Source: Eledone cirrhosa
Taxonomy: Eukaryota
DNA length: 64,000 nucleotides
Reading direction: 5' to 3'
Assembly: GCA_964016885.1 (NCBI GenBank)
Contig: OZ024744.1
Span: 372,001-436,000, forward strand
Shown: positions 37,841 to 50,060 of the stretch, one piece after another
How positions within the stretch are numbered: the first letter of the stretch is position 1
How the letters are laid out: every line of letters starts with the position of its first letter
Translations under genes and position numbers: made by a program
The notes under the pieces: generated by a model
The model's database searches: none
What the model was told of the DNA's origin: nothing
What the model saw: only the letters and a program-made list of their open reading frames with translations

Positions 37841-38049
37841 TCTTTCTCTACCTTGTCTTCCCTCAAAACTTCGTTCTTCACCAAGCTATCTTTCTCTACC
37901 TTGTCTTCCCTCAAAACTTCGTTCTTGATCAAGCTATCTTTCTCTACCTTGCATTCCCTCAAAACTTCGTTCTTCACCAAGCTATCTTTCTCTACCTTCT
38001 CTTCCCTCAAAACTTCGTTCTTCACCAAGCTATCTTTCTCTACCTTGTC

Positions 38050-40900
38050 TTCCCTCAAAACTTCGTTCTTCACAAGCTATCCTTCTCTAGCTTGTCTTCG
38101 CTCAAAACTTCGTTCTTCACCAAGCTATCTTTCTCTACCTTGTCTTCCCTCAAAACTTCGTTCTTCACCAAGCTATCTTTCTCTACTTTGTCTTCCCTCA
38201 AAACATCGTTCGTTCTTCATCAAGCTATCTTTCTCTACCTTGTCTTCCCTCAAGACTTCGTTCGTCACCAAGCTATCTTTCTCTACATTGTCTTCCTCCA
38301 AAACTTCGTTCTTCATCAAGCTATCTTTCTCTACCTTGTCTTCCCTCAAAACGTCGTTCTTCACCAAGCTATCTTTCTCTACCTTGTCTTCCCACACAAC
38401 TTCGTTCTTCATCAAGCTATCTTTCTCTACCTTGTCTTCCCTCAAAACGTCGTTCTTCACCAAGCTATCTTTCTCTACCTTGTCTTCCCCCAAAACTTCG
38501 TTCTTCACCAAGCTATCTTTCTCTACCTTGTCTACCCCCAAAACTTCGTTCTTCACCAAGCTATCTTTCTCTACCTTGTCTTCCCACAAAACTTCGTTCT
38601 TCACCAAGCTTTCTTTCTCTACCTTGTCTTCCCACAAAACGTCGTTCTTCACCAAGCTATCTTTCCCTACCTTGTCTTCCCTCAAAACGTCGTTCTTCAC
38701 CAAGCTATCTTTCTCTACCTTGACTTCCGTCAAAACTTCGTTCTTCACCAAGCTATCTTTCTCTACCTTGTCTTCCCTCAAAACTTCGTTCTTCACCAAG
38801 CTATCTTTCTCTATCTTGTCTTCCCTCAAAACTCCGTTCTTCATCAAGCTATCGTTCTCTACTTTGTCTTCCCTCAAAACGTCGTTCTTCACCAAGCTAT
38901 CTTTCTCTACCTTGTCTTCCCTCAAAACTTCGTTCGTTCTTCACCAAGCTATCTTTCTCTACCTTGTCTTCCCCCAAAACTTGGTTCTTCACAAGCTATC
39001 CTTCTCTACCTTGTCTTCCCTCAAAACTTCGTTCTTCACCAAGCTATCTTTCTCTACCTTGTCTTCCCTCAAAACTTCGTTCTTGATCAAGCTATCTTTC
39101 TCTACCTTGCATTCCCTCAAAACTTCGTTCTTCACCAAGCTATATTTCTCTACCTTGTCTTCCCTCAAAACTTCGTTCTTCACAAGCTATCCTTCTCTAC
39201 CTTGTCTTCGCTCAAAACTTCGTTCTTCACCAAGCTATCTTTCTCTACCTTGTCTTCCCTCAAAACTTCGTTCTTCACCAAGCTATCTTTCTCTACTTTG
39301 TCTTCCCTCAAAACATCGTTCGTTCTTCATCAAGCTATCTTTCTCTACCTTGTCTTCCCTCAAGACTTCGTTCGTCACCAAGCTATCTTTCTCTACATTG
39401 TCTTCCCCCAAAACTTCGTTCTTCATCAAGCTATCTTTCTCTACCTTGTCTTCCCTCAAAACGTCGTTCTTCACCAAGCTATCTTTCTCTACCTTGTCTT
39501 CCCACACAACTTCGTTCTTCATCAAGCTATCTTTCTCTACCTTGTCTTCCCTCAAAACGTCGTTCTTCACCAAGCTATCTTTCTCTACCTTGTCTTCCCC
39601 CAAAACTTCGTTCTTCACCAAGCTATCTTTCTCTACCTTGTCTACCCCCAACACTTCGTTCTTCACCAAGCTATCTTTCTCTACCTTGTCTTCCCACAAA
39701 ACTTCGTTCTTCACCAAGCTATCTTTCTCTACCTTGTCTTCCCACAAAACGTCGTTCTTCACCAAGCTATCTTTCCCTACCTTGTCTTCCCTCAAAACGT
39801 CGTTCTTCACCAAGCTATCTTTCTCTACCTTGACTTCCCTCAAAACTTCGTTCTTCACCAAGCTATCTTTCTCTACCTTGTCTTCCCTCAAAACTTCGTT
39901 CTTCACCAAGCTATCTTTCTCTATCTTGTCTTCCCTCAAAACTCCGTTCTTCATCAAGCTATCGTTCTCTACTTTGTCTTCCCTCAAAACGTCGTTCTTC
40001 ACCAAGCTATCTTTCTCTACCTTGTCTTCCCTCAAAACTTCGTTCGTTCTTCACCAAGCTATCTTTCTCTACCTTGTCTTCCCCCAAAACTTCGTTCTTC
40101 ACAAGCTATCCTTCTCTACCTTGTCTTCCCTCAAAACTTCGTTCTTCACCAAGCTATCTTTCTCTACCTTGTCTTCCCTCAAAACTTCGTTCTTGATCAA
40201 GCTATCTTTCTCTACCTTGCATTCCCTCAAAACTTCGTTCTTCACCAAGCTATCTTTCTCTACCTTGTCTTCCCTCAAAACTTCGTTCTTCACCAAGCTA
40301 TCTGTCTCTACCTTGTCTTCCCTCAAAACTTCGTTCTTCACAAGCTATCCTTCTCTACCTTGTCTTCGCTCAAAACTTCGTTCTTCACCAAGCTATCTTT
40401 CTCTACCTTGTCTTCCCTCAAAACTTCGTTCTTCACCAAGCTATCTTTCTCTACTTTGTCTTCCCTCAAAACATCGTTCGTTCTTCATCAAGCTATCTTT
40501 CTCTACCTTGTCTTCCCTCAAGACTTCGTTCGTCACCAAGCTATCTTTCTCTACATTGTCTTCCCCCAAAACTTCGTTCTTCACCAAGCTATCTTTCTCT
40601 ACCTTGTCTTCCCACAAAACTTCGTTCTTCATCAAGCTATCTTTCTCTACCTTGTCTTCCCTCAAAACGTCGTTCTTCACCAAGCTATCTTTCTCTACCT
40701 TGTCTTCCCCCAAAACTTCGTTCTTCACCAAGCTATCTTTCTCTACCTTGTCTACCCCCAAAACTTCGTTCTTCACCAAGCTATCTTTCTCTACCTTGTC
40801 TTCCCACAAAACTTCGTTCTTCACCAAGCTATCTTTCTCTACCTTGTCTTCCCACAAAACGTCGTTCTTCACCAAGCTATCTTTCCCTACCTTGTCTTCC
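38050..40900. repeat. ~1.11-1.16-kb (23-24-mer) higher-order unit, ~2.5 copies
   Basis: The CATCGTTCGTT-anchored block recurs at 38173, 39283 and 40441 (offsets 1110, 1158); 38989/40099 is also 1110. Confidence 0.75.
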
Positions 40901-43900
40901 CTCAAAACGTCGTTCTTCACCAAGCTATCTTTCTCTACCCATTCTTCTCACAAAACTTCGTTCTTCACCAAGCTCTCTTTCTCTACCTTGTCTTCCCTCA
41001 AAACTTCGTTCTTCACCAGGCTATCTTTCTCTACCCTGTCTTCCCCCAAAACTTCGTTCCTCACCAAGCTATCTTTCTCTACCTTGTCTTCCCTCAAAAC
41101 TTCGTTCTTCACCAAGCTATCTTTCTCTACCTTTTTTTCCCCCAAAACTTCGTTCTTCACCAAACTATCTTTCTCTACCTTCTCTACCCTCAAAACTTCG
41201 TTCTTCACCAAGCTAACTTTCTCTACCTTGTCTTCCCTCAAAACTTCGTTCTTCATCAAGCAATCTTTCTCTACCTTGTCTTCCCTCAAAACTTCGTTCT
41301 TCACCAAGCTATCTTTCTCTATCTTGTCTTCCCTCAAAACTTCGTTCTTCACCAAGCTATCTTTCCCTACCTTTATTTCCCCCAAAACTCCGTTCTTCAC
41401 CAAACTATCTTTCTCTACCTTGTCTTCCCCCAAAACTTCGTTCTTCACAAGCTATCCTTCTCTACCTTGTCTTCCCTCAAAACTTCGTTCTTCACCAAGC
41501 TATCTTTCTCTACCTTGTCTTCCCTCAAAATTCGTTCTTGATCAAGCTATCTTTCTATACCTTGTCTTCCATCAAAACTTCGTTCTTCACCAAGCTATCT
41601 TTCTCTACCTTGTCTTCCCTCAAAACTTCGTTCTTCACCAAGCTATCTTTCTCTATCTTGTCTTCCCTCAAAACTCCGTTCTTCATCAAGCTATCGTTCT
41701 CTACTTTGTCTTCCCTCAAAACTTCGTTCTTCACAAGCTATCCTTCTCTACCTTGTCTTCGCTCAAAACTTCGTTCTTCACCAAGCTATCTTTCTCTACT
41801 TTGTCTTCCCTCAAAACATCGTTCGTTCTTCATCAAGCTATCTTTCTCTACCTTGTCTTCCCTCAAGACTTCGTTCGTCACCAAGCTATCTTTCTCTACA
41901 TTGTCCTCCCCCAAAACTTCGTTCTTCTTCAAGCTATCTTTCTCTACCTTGTCTTCCCTCAAAACGTCGTTCTTCACCAAGCTATCTTTCTCTACCTTGT
42001 CTTCCCACACAACTTCGTTCTTCATCAAGCTATCTTTCTCTACCTTGTCTTCCCTCAAAACGTCGTTCTTCACCAAGCTATCTTTCTCTACCTTGTCTTC
42101 CCCCAAAACTTCGTTCTTCACCAAGCTATCTTTCTCTACCTTGTCTACCCCCAAAACTTCGTTCTTCACCAAGCTATCTTTCTCTACCTTGTCTTCCCAC
42201 AAAATTTCGTTCTTCACCAAGCTATCTTTCTCTACCTTGTCTTCCCACAAAACGTCGTTCTTCACGAAGCTATCTTTCCCTACCTTGTCTTCCCTCAAAA
42301 CGTCGTTCTTCACCAAGCTATCTTTCTCTACCTTGACTTCCCTCAAAACTTCGTTCTTCACCAAGCTATCTTTCTCTACCTTGTCTTCCCTCAAAACTTC
42401 GTTCTTCACCAAGCTATCTTTCTCTATCTTGTCTTCCCTCAAAACTCCGTTCTTCATCAAGCTATCGTTCTCTACTTTGTCTTCCCTCAAAACGTCGTTC
42501 TTCACCAAGCTATCTTTCTCTACCTTGTCTTCCCTCAAAACTTCGTTCGTTCTTCACCAAGCTATCTTTCTCTACCTTGTCTTCCCCCAAAACTTCGTTC
42601 TTCACAAGCTATCCTTCTCTACCTTGTCTTCCCTCAAAACTTCGTTCTTCACCAAGCTATCTTTCTCTACCTTGTCTTCCCTCAAAACTTCGTTCTTGAT
42701 CAAGCTATCTTTCTCTACCTTGCATTCCCTCAAAACTTCGTTCTTCACCAAGCTATCTTTCTCTACCTTGTCTTCCCTCAAAACTTCGTTCTTCACCAAG
42801 CTATCTGTCTCTACCTTGTCTTCCCTCAAAACTTCGTTCTTCACAAGCTATCCTTCTCTACCTTGTCTTCGCTCAAAACTTCGTTCTTCACCAAGCTATC
42901 TTTCTCTACCTTGTCTTCCCTCAAAACTTCGTTCTTCACCAAGCTATCTTTCTCTACTTTGTCTTCCCTCAAAACATCGTTCGTTCTTCATCAAGCTATC
43001 TTTCTCTACCTTGTCTTCCCTCAAGACTTCGTTCGTCACCAAGCTATCTTTCTCTACATTGTCTTCCCCCAAAACTTCGTTCTTCACCAAGCTATCTTTC
43101 TCTACCTTGTCTTCCCACAAAACTTCGTTCTTCATCAAGCTATCTTTCTCTACCTTGTCTTCCCTCAAAACGTCGTTCTTCACCAAGCTATCTTTCTCTA
43201 CCTTGTCTTCCCCCAAAACTTCGTTCTTCACCAAGCTATCTTTCTCTACCTTGTCTACCCCCAAAACTTCGTTCTTCACCAAGCTATCTTTCTCTACCTT
43301 GTCTTCCCACAAAACTTCGTTCTTCACCAAGCTATCTTTCTCTACCTTGTCTTCCCACAAAACGTCGTTCTTCACCAAGCTATCTTTCCCTACCTTGTCT
43401 TCCCTCAAAACGTCGTTCTTCACCAAGCTATCTTTCTCTACCCATTCTTCTCACAAAACTTCGTTCTTCACCAAGCTCTCTTTCTCTACCTTGTCTTCCC
43501 TCAAAACTTCGTTCTTCACCAGGCTATCTTTCTCTACCCTGCCTTCCCCCAAAACTTCGTTCCTCACCAAGCTATCTTTCTCTACCTTGTCTTCCCTCAA
43601 AACTTCGTTCTTCACCAAGCTATCTTTCTCTACCTTTTTTTCCCCCAAAACTTCGTTCTTCACCAAACTATCTTTCTCTACCTTCTCTACCCTCAAAACT
43701 TCGTTCTTCACCAAGCTAACTTTCTCTACCTTGTCTTCCCTCAAAACTTCGTTCTTCATCAAGCAATCTTTCTCTACCTTGTCTTCCCTCAAAACTTCGT
43801 TCTTCACCAAGCTATCTTTCTCTATCTTGTCTTCCCTCAAAACTTCGTTCTTCACCAAGCTATCTTTCCCTACCTTTATTTCCCCCAAAACTCCGTTCTT

Positions 43901-46900
43901 CACCAAACTATCTTTCTCTACCTTGTCTTCCCCCAAAACTTCGTTCTTCACAAGCTATCCTTCTCTACCTTGTCTTCCCTCAAAACTTCGTTCTTCACCA
44001 AGCTATCTTTCTCTACCTTGTCTTCCCTCAAAATTCGTTCTTGATCAAGCTATCTTTCTATACCTTGTCTTCCATCAAAACTTCGTTCTTCACCAAGCTA
44101 TCTTTCTCTACCTTGTCTTCCCTCAAAACTTCGTTCTTCACCAAGCTATCTTTCTCTATCTTGTCTTCCCTCAAAACTCCGTTCTTCATCAAGCTATCGT
44201 TCTCTACTTTGTCTTCCCTCAAAACTTCGTTCTTCACAAGCTATCCTTCTCTACCTTGTCTTCGCTCAAAACTTCGTTCTTCACCAAGCTATCTTTCTCT
44301 ACTTTGTCTTCCCTCAAAACATCGTTCGTTCTTCATCAAGCTATCTTTCTCTACCTTGTCTTCCCTCAAGACTTCGTTCGTCACCAAGCTATCTTTCTCT
44401 ACATTGTCCTCCCCCAAAACTTCGTTCTTCTTCAAGCTATCTTTCTCTACCTTGTCTTCCCTCAAAACGTCGTTCTTCACCAAGCTATCTTTCTCTACCT
44501 TGTCTTCCCACACAACTTCGTTCTTCATCAAGCTATCTTTCTCTACCTTGTCTTCCCTCAAAACGTCGTTCTTCACCAAGCTATCTTTCTCTACCTTGTC
44601 TTCCCCCAAAACTTCGTTCTTCACCAAGCTATCTTTCTCTACCTTGTCTACCCCCAAAACTTCGTTCTTCACCAAGCTATCTTTCTCTACCTTGTCTTCC
44701 CACAAAATTTCGTTCTTCACCAAGCTATCTTTCTCTACCTTGTCTTCCCACAAAACGTCGTTCTTCACGAAGCTATCTTTCCCTACCTTGTCTTCCCTCA
44801 AAACGTCGTTCTTCACCAAGCTATCTTTCTCTACCTTGACTTCCCTCAAAACTTCGTTCTTCACCAAGCTATCTTTCTCTACCTTGTCTTCCCTCAAAAC
44901 TTCGTTCTTCACCAAGCTATCTTTCTCTATCTTGTCTTCCCTCAAAACTCCGTTCTTCATCAAGCTATCGTTCTCTACTTTGTCTTCCCTCAAAACGTCG
45001 TTCTTCACCAAGCTATCTTTCTCTACCTTGTCTTCCCTCAAAACTTCGTTCGTTCTTCACCAAGCTATCTTTCTCTACCTTGTCTTCCCCCAAAACTTCG
45101 TTCTTCACAAGCTATCCTTCTCTACCTTGTCTTCCCTCAAAACTTCGTTCTTCACCAAGCTATCTTTCTCTACCTTGTCTTCCCTCAAAACTTCGTTCTT
45201 GATCAAGCTATCTTTCTCTACCTTGCATTCCCTCAAAACTTCGTTCTTCACCAAGCTATCTTTCTCTACCTTGTCTTCCCTCAAAACTTCGTTCTTCACC
45301 AAGCTATATTTCTCTACCTTGTCTTCCCTCAAAACTTCGTTCTTCACAAGCTATCCTTCTCTACCTTGTCTTCGCTCAAAACTTCGTTCTTCACCAAGCT
45401 ATCTTTCTCTACCTTGTCTTCCCTCAAAACTTCATTCTTCACCAAGCTATCTTTCTCTACTTTGTCTTCCCTCAAAACATCGTTCGTTCTTCATCAAGCT
45501 ATCTTTCTCTACCTTGTCTTCCCTCAAGACTTCGTTCGTCACCAAGCTATCTTTCTCTACCTTGTCTTCCCACAAAACTTCGTTCTTCACCAAGCTATCT
45601 TTCTCTACCTTGTCTTCCCACAAAACGTCGTTCTTCACCAAGCTATCTTTCCCTACCTTGTCTTCCCTCAAAACGTCGTTCTTCACCAAGCTATCTTTCT
45701 CTACCCATTCTTCTCACAAAACTTCGTTCTTCACCAAGCTCTCTTTCTCTACCTTGTCTTCCCTCAAAACTTCGTTCTTCACCAGGCTATCTTTCTCTAC
45801 CCTGTCTTCCCCCAAAACTTCGTTCCTCACCAAGCTATCTTTCTCTACCTTGTCTTCCCTCAAAACTTCGTTCTTCACCAAGCTATCTTTCTCTACCTTT
45901 TTTTCCCCCAAAACTTCGTTCTTCACCAAACTATCTTTCTCTACCTTCTCTACCCTCAAAACTTCGTTCTTCACCAAGCTAACTTTCTCTACCTTGTCTT
46001 CCCTCAAAACTTCGTTCTTCATCAAGCAATCTTTCTCTACCTTGTCTTCCCTCAAAACTTCGTTCTTCACCAAGCTATCTTTCTCTATCTTGTCTTCCCT
46101 CAAAACTTCGTTCTTCACCAAGCTATCTTTCCCTACCTTTATTTCCCCCAAAACTCCGTTCTTCACCAAACTATCTTTCTCTACCTTGTCTTCCCCCAAA
46201 ACTTCGTTCTTCACAAGCTATCCTTCTCTACCTTGTCTTCCCTCAAAACTTCGTTCTTCACCAAGCTATCTTTCTCTACCTTGTCTTCCCTCAAAATTCG
46301 TTCTTGATCAAGCTATCTTTCTATACCTTGTCTTCCATCAAAACTTCGTTCTTCACCAAGCTATCTTTCTCTACCTTGTCTTCCCTCAAAACTTCGTTCT
46401 TCACCAAGCTATCTTTCTCTATCTTGTCTTCCCTCAAAACTCCGTTCTTCATCAAGCTATCGTTCTCTACTTTGTCTTCCCTCAAAACTTCGTTCTTCAC
46501 AAGCTATCCTTCTCTACCTTGTCTTCGCTCAAAACTTCGTTCTTCACCAAGCTATCTTTCTCTACTTTGTCTTCCCTCAAAACATCGTTCGTTCTTCATC
46601 AAGCTATCTTTCTCTACCTTGTCTTCCCTCAAGACTTCGTTCGTCACCAAGCTATCTTTCTCTACATTGTCCTCCCCCAAAACTTCGTTCTTCTTCAAGC
46701 TATCTTTCTCTACCTTGTCTTCCCTCAAAACGTCGTTCTTCACCAAGCTATCTTTCTCTACCTTGTCTTCCCACACAACTTCGTTCTTCATCAAGCTATC
46801 TTTCTCTACCTTGTCTTCCCTCAAAACGTCGTTCTTCACCAAGCTATCTTTCTCTACCTTGTCTTCCCCCAAAACTTCGTTCTTCACCAAGCTATCTTTC

Positions 46901-49900
46901 TCTACCTTGTCTACCCCCAAAACTTCGTTCTTCACCAAGCTATCTTTCTCTACCTTGACTTCCCTCAAAACTTCGTTCTTCACCAAGCTATCTTTCTCTA
47001 CCTTGTCTTCCCTCAAAACTTCGTTCTTCACCAAGCTATCTTTCTCTATCTTGTCTTCCCTCAAAACTCCGTTCTTCATCAAGCTATCGTTCTCTACTTT
47101 GTCTTCCCTCAAAACGTCGTTCTTCACCAAGCTATCTTTCTCTACCTTGTCTTCCCTCAAAACTTCGTTCGTTCTTCACCAAGCTATCTTTCTCTACCTT
47201 GTCTTCCCCCAAAACTTCGTTCTTCACAAGCTATCCTTCTCTACCTTGTCTTCCCTCAAAACTTCGTTCTTCACCAAGCTATCTTTCTCTACCTTGTCTT
47301 CCCTCAAAACTTCATTCTTCACCAAGCTATCTTTCTCTACTTTGTCTTCCCTCAAAACATCGTTCGTTCTTCATCAAGCTATCTTTCTCTACCTTGTCTT
47401 CCCTCAAGACTTCGTTCGTCACCAAGCTATCTTTCTCTACCTTGTCTTCCCACAAAACTTCGTTCTTCACCAAGCTATCTTTCTCTACCTTGTCTTCCCA
47501 CAAAACGTCGTTCTTCACCAAGCTATCTTTCCCTACCTTGTCTTCCCTCAAAACGTCGTTCTTCACCAAGCTATCTTTCTCTACCCATTCTTCTCACAAA
47601 ACTTCGTTCTTCACCAAGCTCTCTTTCTCTACCTTGTCTTCCCTCAAAACTTCGTTCTTCACCAGGCTATCTTTCTCTACCCTGTCTTCCCCCAAAACTT
47701 CGTTCCTCACCAAGCTATCTTTCTCTACCTTGTCTTCCCTCAAAACTTCGTTCTTCACCAAGCTATCTTTCTCTACCTTTTTTTCCCCCAAAACTTCGTT
47801 CTTCACCAAACTATCTTTCTCTACCTTCTCTACCCTCAAAACTTCGTTCTTCACCAAGCTAACTTTCTCTACCTTGTCTTCCCTCAAAACTTCGTTCTTC
47901 ATCAAGCAATCTTTCTCTACCTTGTCTTCCCTCAAAACTTCGTTCTTCACCAAGCTATCTTTCTCTATCTTGTCTTCCCTCAAAACTTCGTTCTTCACCA
48001 AGCTATCTTTCCCTACCTTTATTTCCCCCAAAACTCCGTTCTTCACCAAACTATCTTTCTCTACCTTGTCTTCCCCCAAAACTTCGTTCTTCACAAGCTA
48101 TCCTTCTCTACCTTGTCTTCCCTCAAAACTTCGTTCTTCACCAAGCTATCTTTCTCTACCTTGTCTTCCCTCAAAATTCGTTCTTGATCAAGCTATCTTT
48201 CTATACCTTGTCTTCCATCAAAACTTCGTTCTTCACCAAGCTATCTTTCTCTACCTTGTCTTCCCTCAAAACTTCGTTCTTCACCAAGCTATCTTTCTCT
48301 ATCTTGTCTTCCCTCAAAACTCCGTTCTTCATCAAGCTATCGTTCTCTACTTTGTCTTCCCTCAAAACTTCGTTCTTCACAAGCTATCCTTCTCTACCTT
48401 GTCTTCGCTCAAAACTTCGTTCTTCACCAAGCTATCTTTCTCTACTTTGTCTTCCCTCAAAACATCGTTCGTTCTTCATCAAGCTATCTTTCTCTACCTT
48501 GTCTTCCCTCAAGACTTCGTTCGTCACCAAGCTATCTTTCTCTACATTGTCCTCCCCCAAAACTTCGTTCTTCTTCAAGCTATCTTTCTCTACCTTGTCT
48601 TCCCTCAAAACGTCGTTCTTCACCAAGCTATCTTTCTCTACCTTGTCTTCCCACACAACTTCGTTCTTCATCAAGCTATCTTTCTCTACCTTGTCTTCCC
48701 TCAAAACGTCGTTCTTCACCAAGCTATCTTTCTCTACCTTGTCTTCCCCCAAAACTTCGTTCTTCACCAAGCTATCTTTCTCTACCTTGTCTACCCCCAA
48801 AACTTCGTTCGTCACCAAGCTATCTTTCTCTACCTTGACTTCCCTCAAAACTTCGTTCTTCACCAAGCTATCTTTCTCTACCTTGTCTTCCCTCAAAACT
48901 TCGTTCTTCACCAAGCTATCTTTCTCTATCTTGTCTTCCCTCAAAACTCCGTTCTTCATCAAGCTATCGTTCTCTACTTTGTCTTCCCTCAAAACGTCGT
49001 TCTTCACCAAGCTATCTTTCTCTACCTTGTCTTCCCTCAAAACTTCGTTCGTTCTTCACCAAGCTATCTTTCTCTACCTTGTCTTCCCCCAAAACTTCGT
49101 TCTTCACAAGCTATCCTTCTCTACCTTGTCTTCCCTCAAAACTTCGTTCTTCACCAAGCTATCTTTCTCTACCTTGTCTTCCCTCAAAACTTCGTTCTTG
49201 ATCAAGCTATCTTTCTCTACCTTGCATTCCCTCAAAACTTCGTTCTTCACCAAGCTATCTTTCTCTACCTTGTCTTCCCTCAAAACTTCGTTCTTCACCA
49301 AGCTATCTTTCTCTACCTTGTCTTCCCTCAAAACTTCGTTCTTCACAAGCTATCCTTCTCTACCATGTCTTCGCTCAAAACTTCGTTCTTCACCAAGCTA
49401 TCTTTCTCTACCTTGTCTTCCCTCAAAACTTCATTCTTCACCAAGCTATCTTTCTCTACTTTGTCTTCCCTCAAAACATCGTTCGTTCTTCATCAAGCTA
49501 TCTTTCTCTACCTTGTCTTCCCTCAAGACTTCGTTCGTCACCAAGCTATCTTTCTCTACCTTGTCTTCCCCCAAAACTTCGTTCTTCACCAAGCTATCTT
49601 TCTCTACCTTGTCTACCCCCAAAACTTCGTTCTTCACCAAGCTATCTTTCTCTACCTTGTCTTCCCACAAAACTTCGTTCTTCACCATGCTATCTTTCTC
49701 TACCTTGTCTTCCCACAAAACGTCGTTCTTCACCAAGCTATCTTTCCCTACCTTGTCTTCCCTCAAAACGTCGTTCTTCACCAAGCTATCTTTCTCTACC
49801 CATTCTTCTCTCAAAACTTCGTTCTTCACCAAGCTCTCTTTCTCTACCTTGTCTTCCCTCAAAACTTCGTTCTTCACCAGGCTATCTTTCTCTACCCTGT

Positions 49901-50060
49901 CTTCCCCCAAAACTTCGTTCCTCACCAAGCTATCTTTCTCTACCTTGTCTTCCCTCAAAACTTCGTTCTTCACCAAGCTATCTTTCTCTACCTTTTTTTC
50001 CCCCAAAACTTCGTTCTTCACCAAACTATCTTTATCTACCTTCTCTTCCCTCAAAACTTC
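39250..50060. repeat. 2503-bp (52-mer) higher-order repeat and shortened derivatives (2263, 1880 bp)
   Basis: Offsets of 2503 at 39283/41786/44289, 40099/42602/45105 and 40948/43451. The marker AAAATTCGTTCTTGATC sits at ~41530, 44033, 46296 and 48176 (spacings 2503, 2263, 1880). 2503 = 52x48 + 3x4 - 5, matching the indels I counted. Confidence 0.92.
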
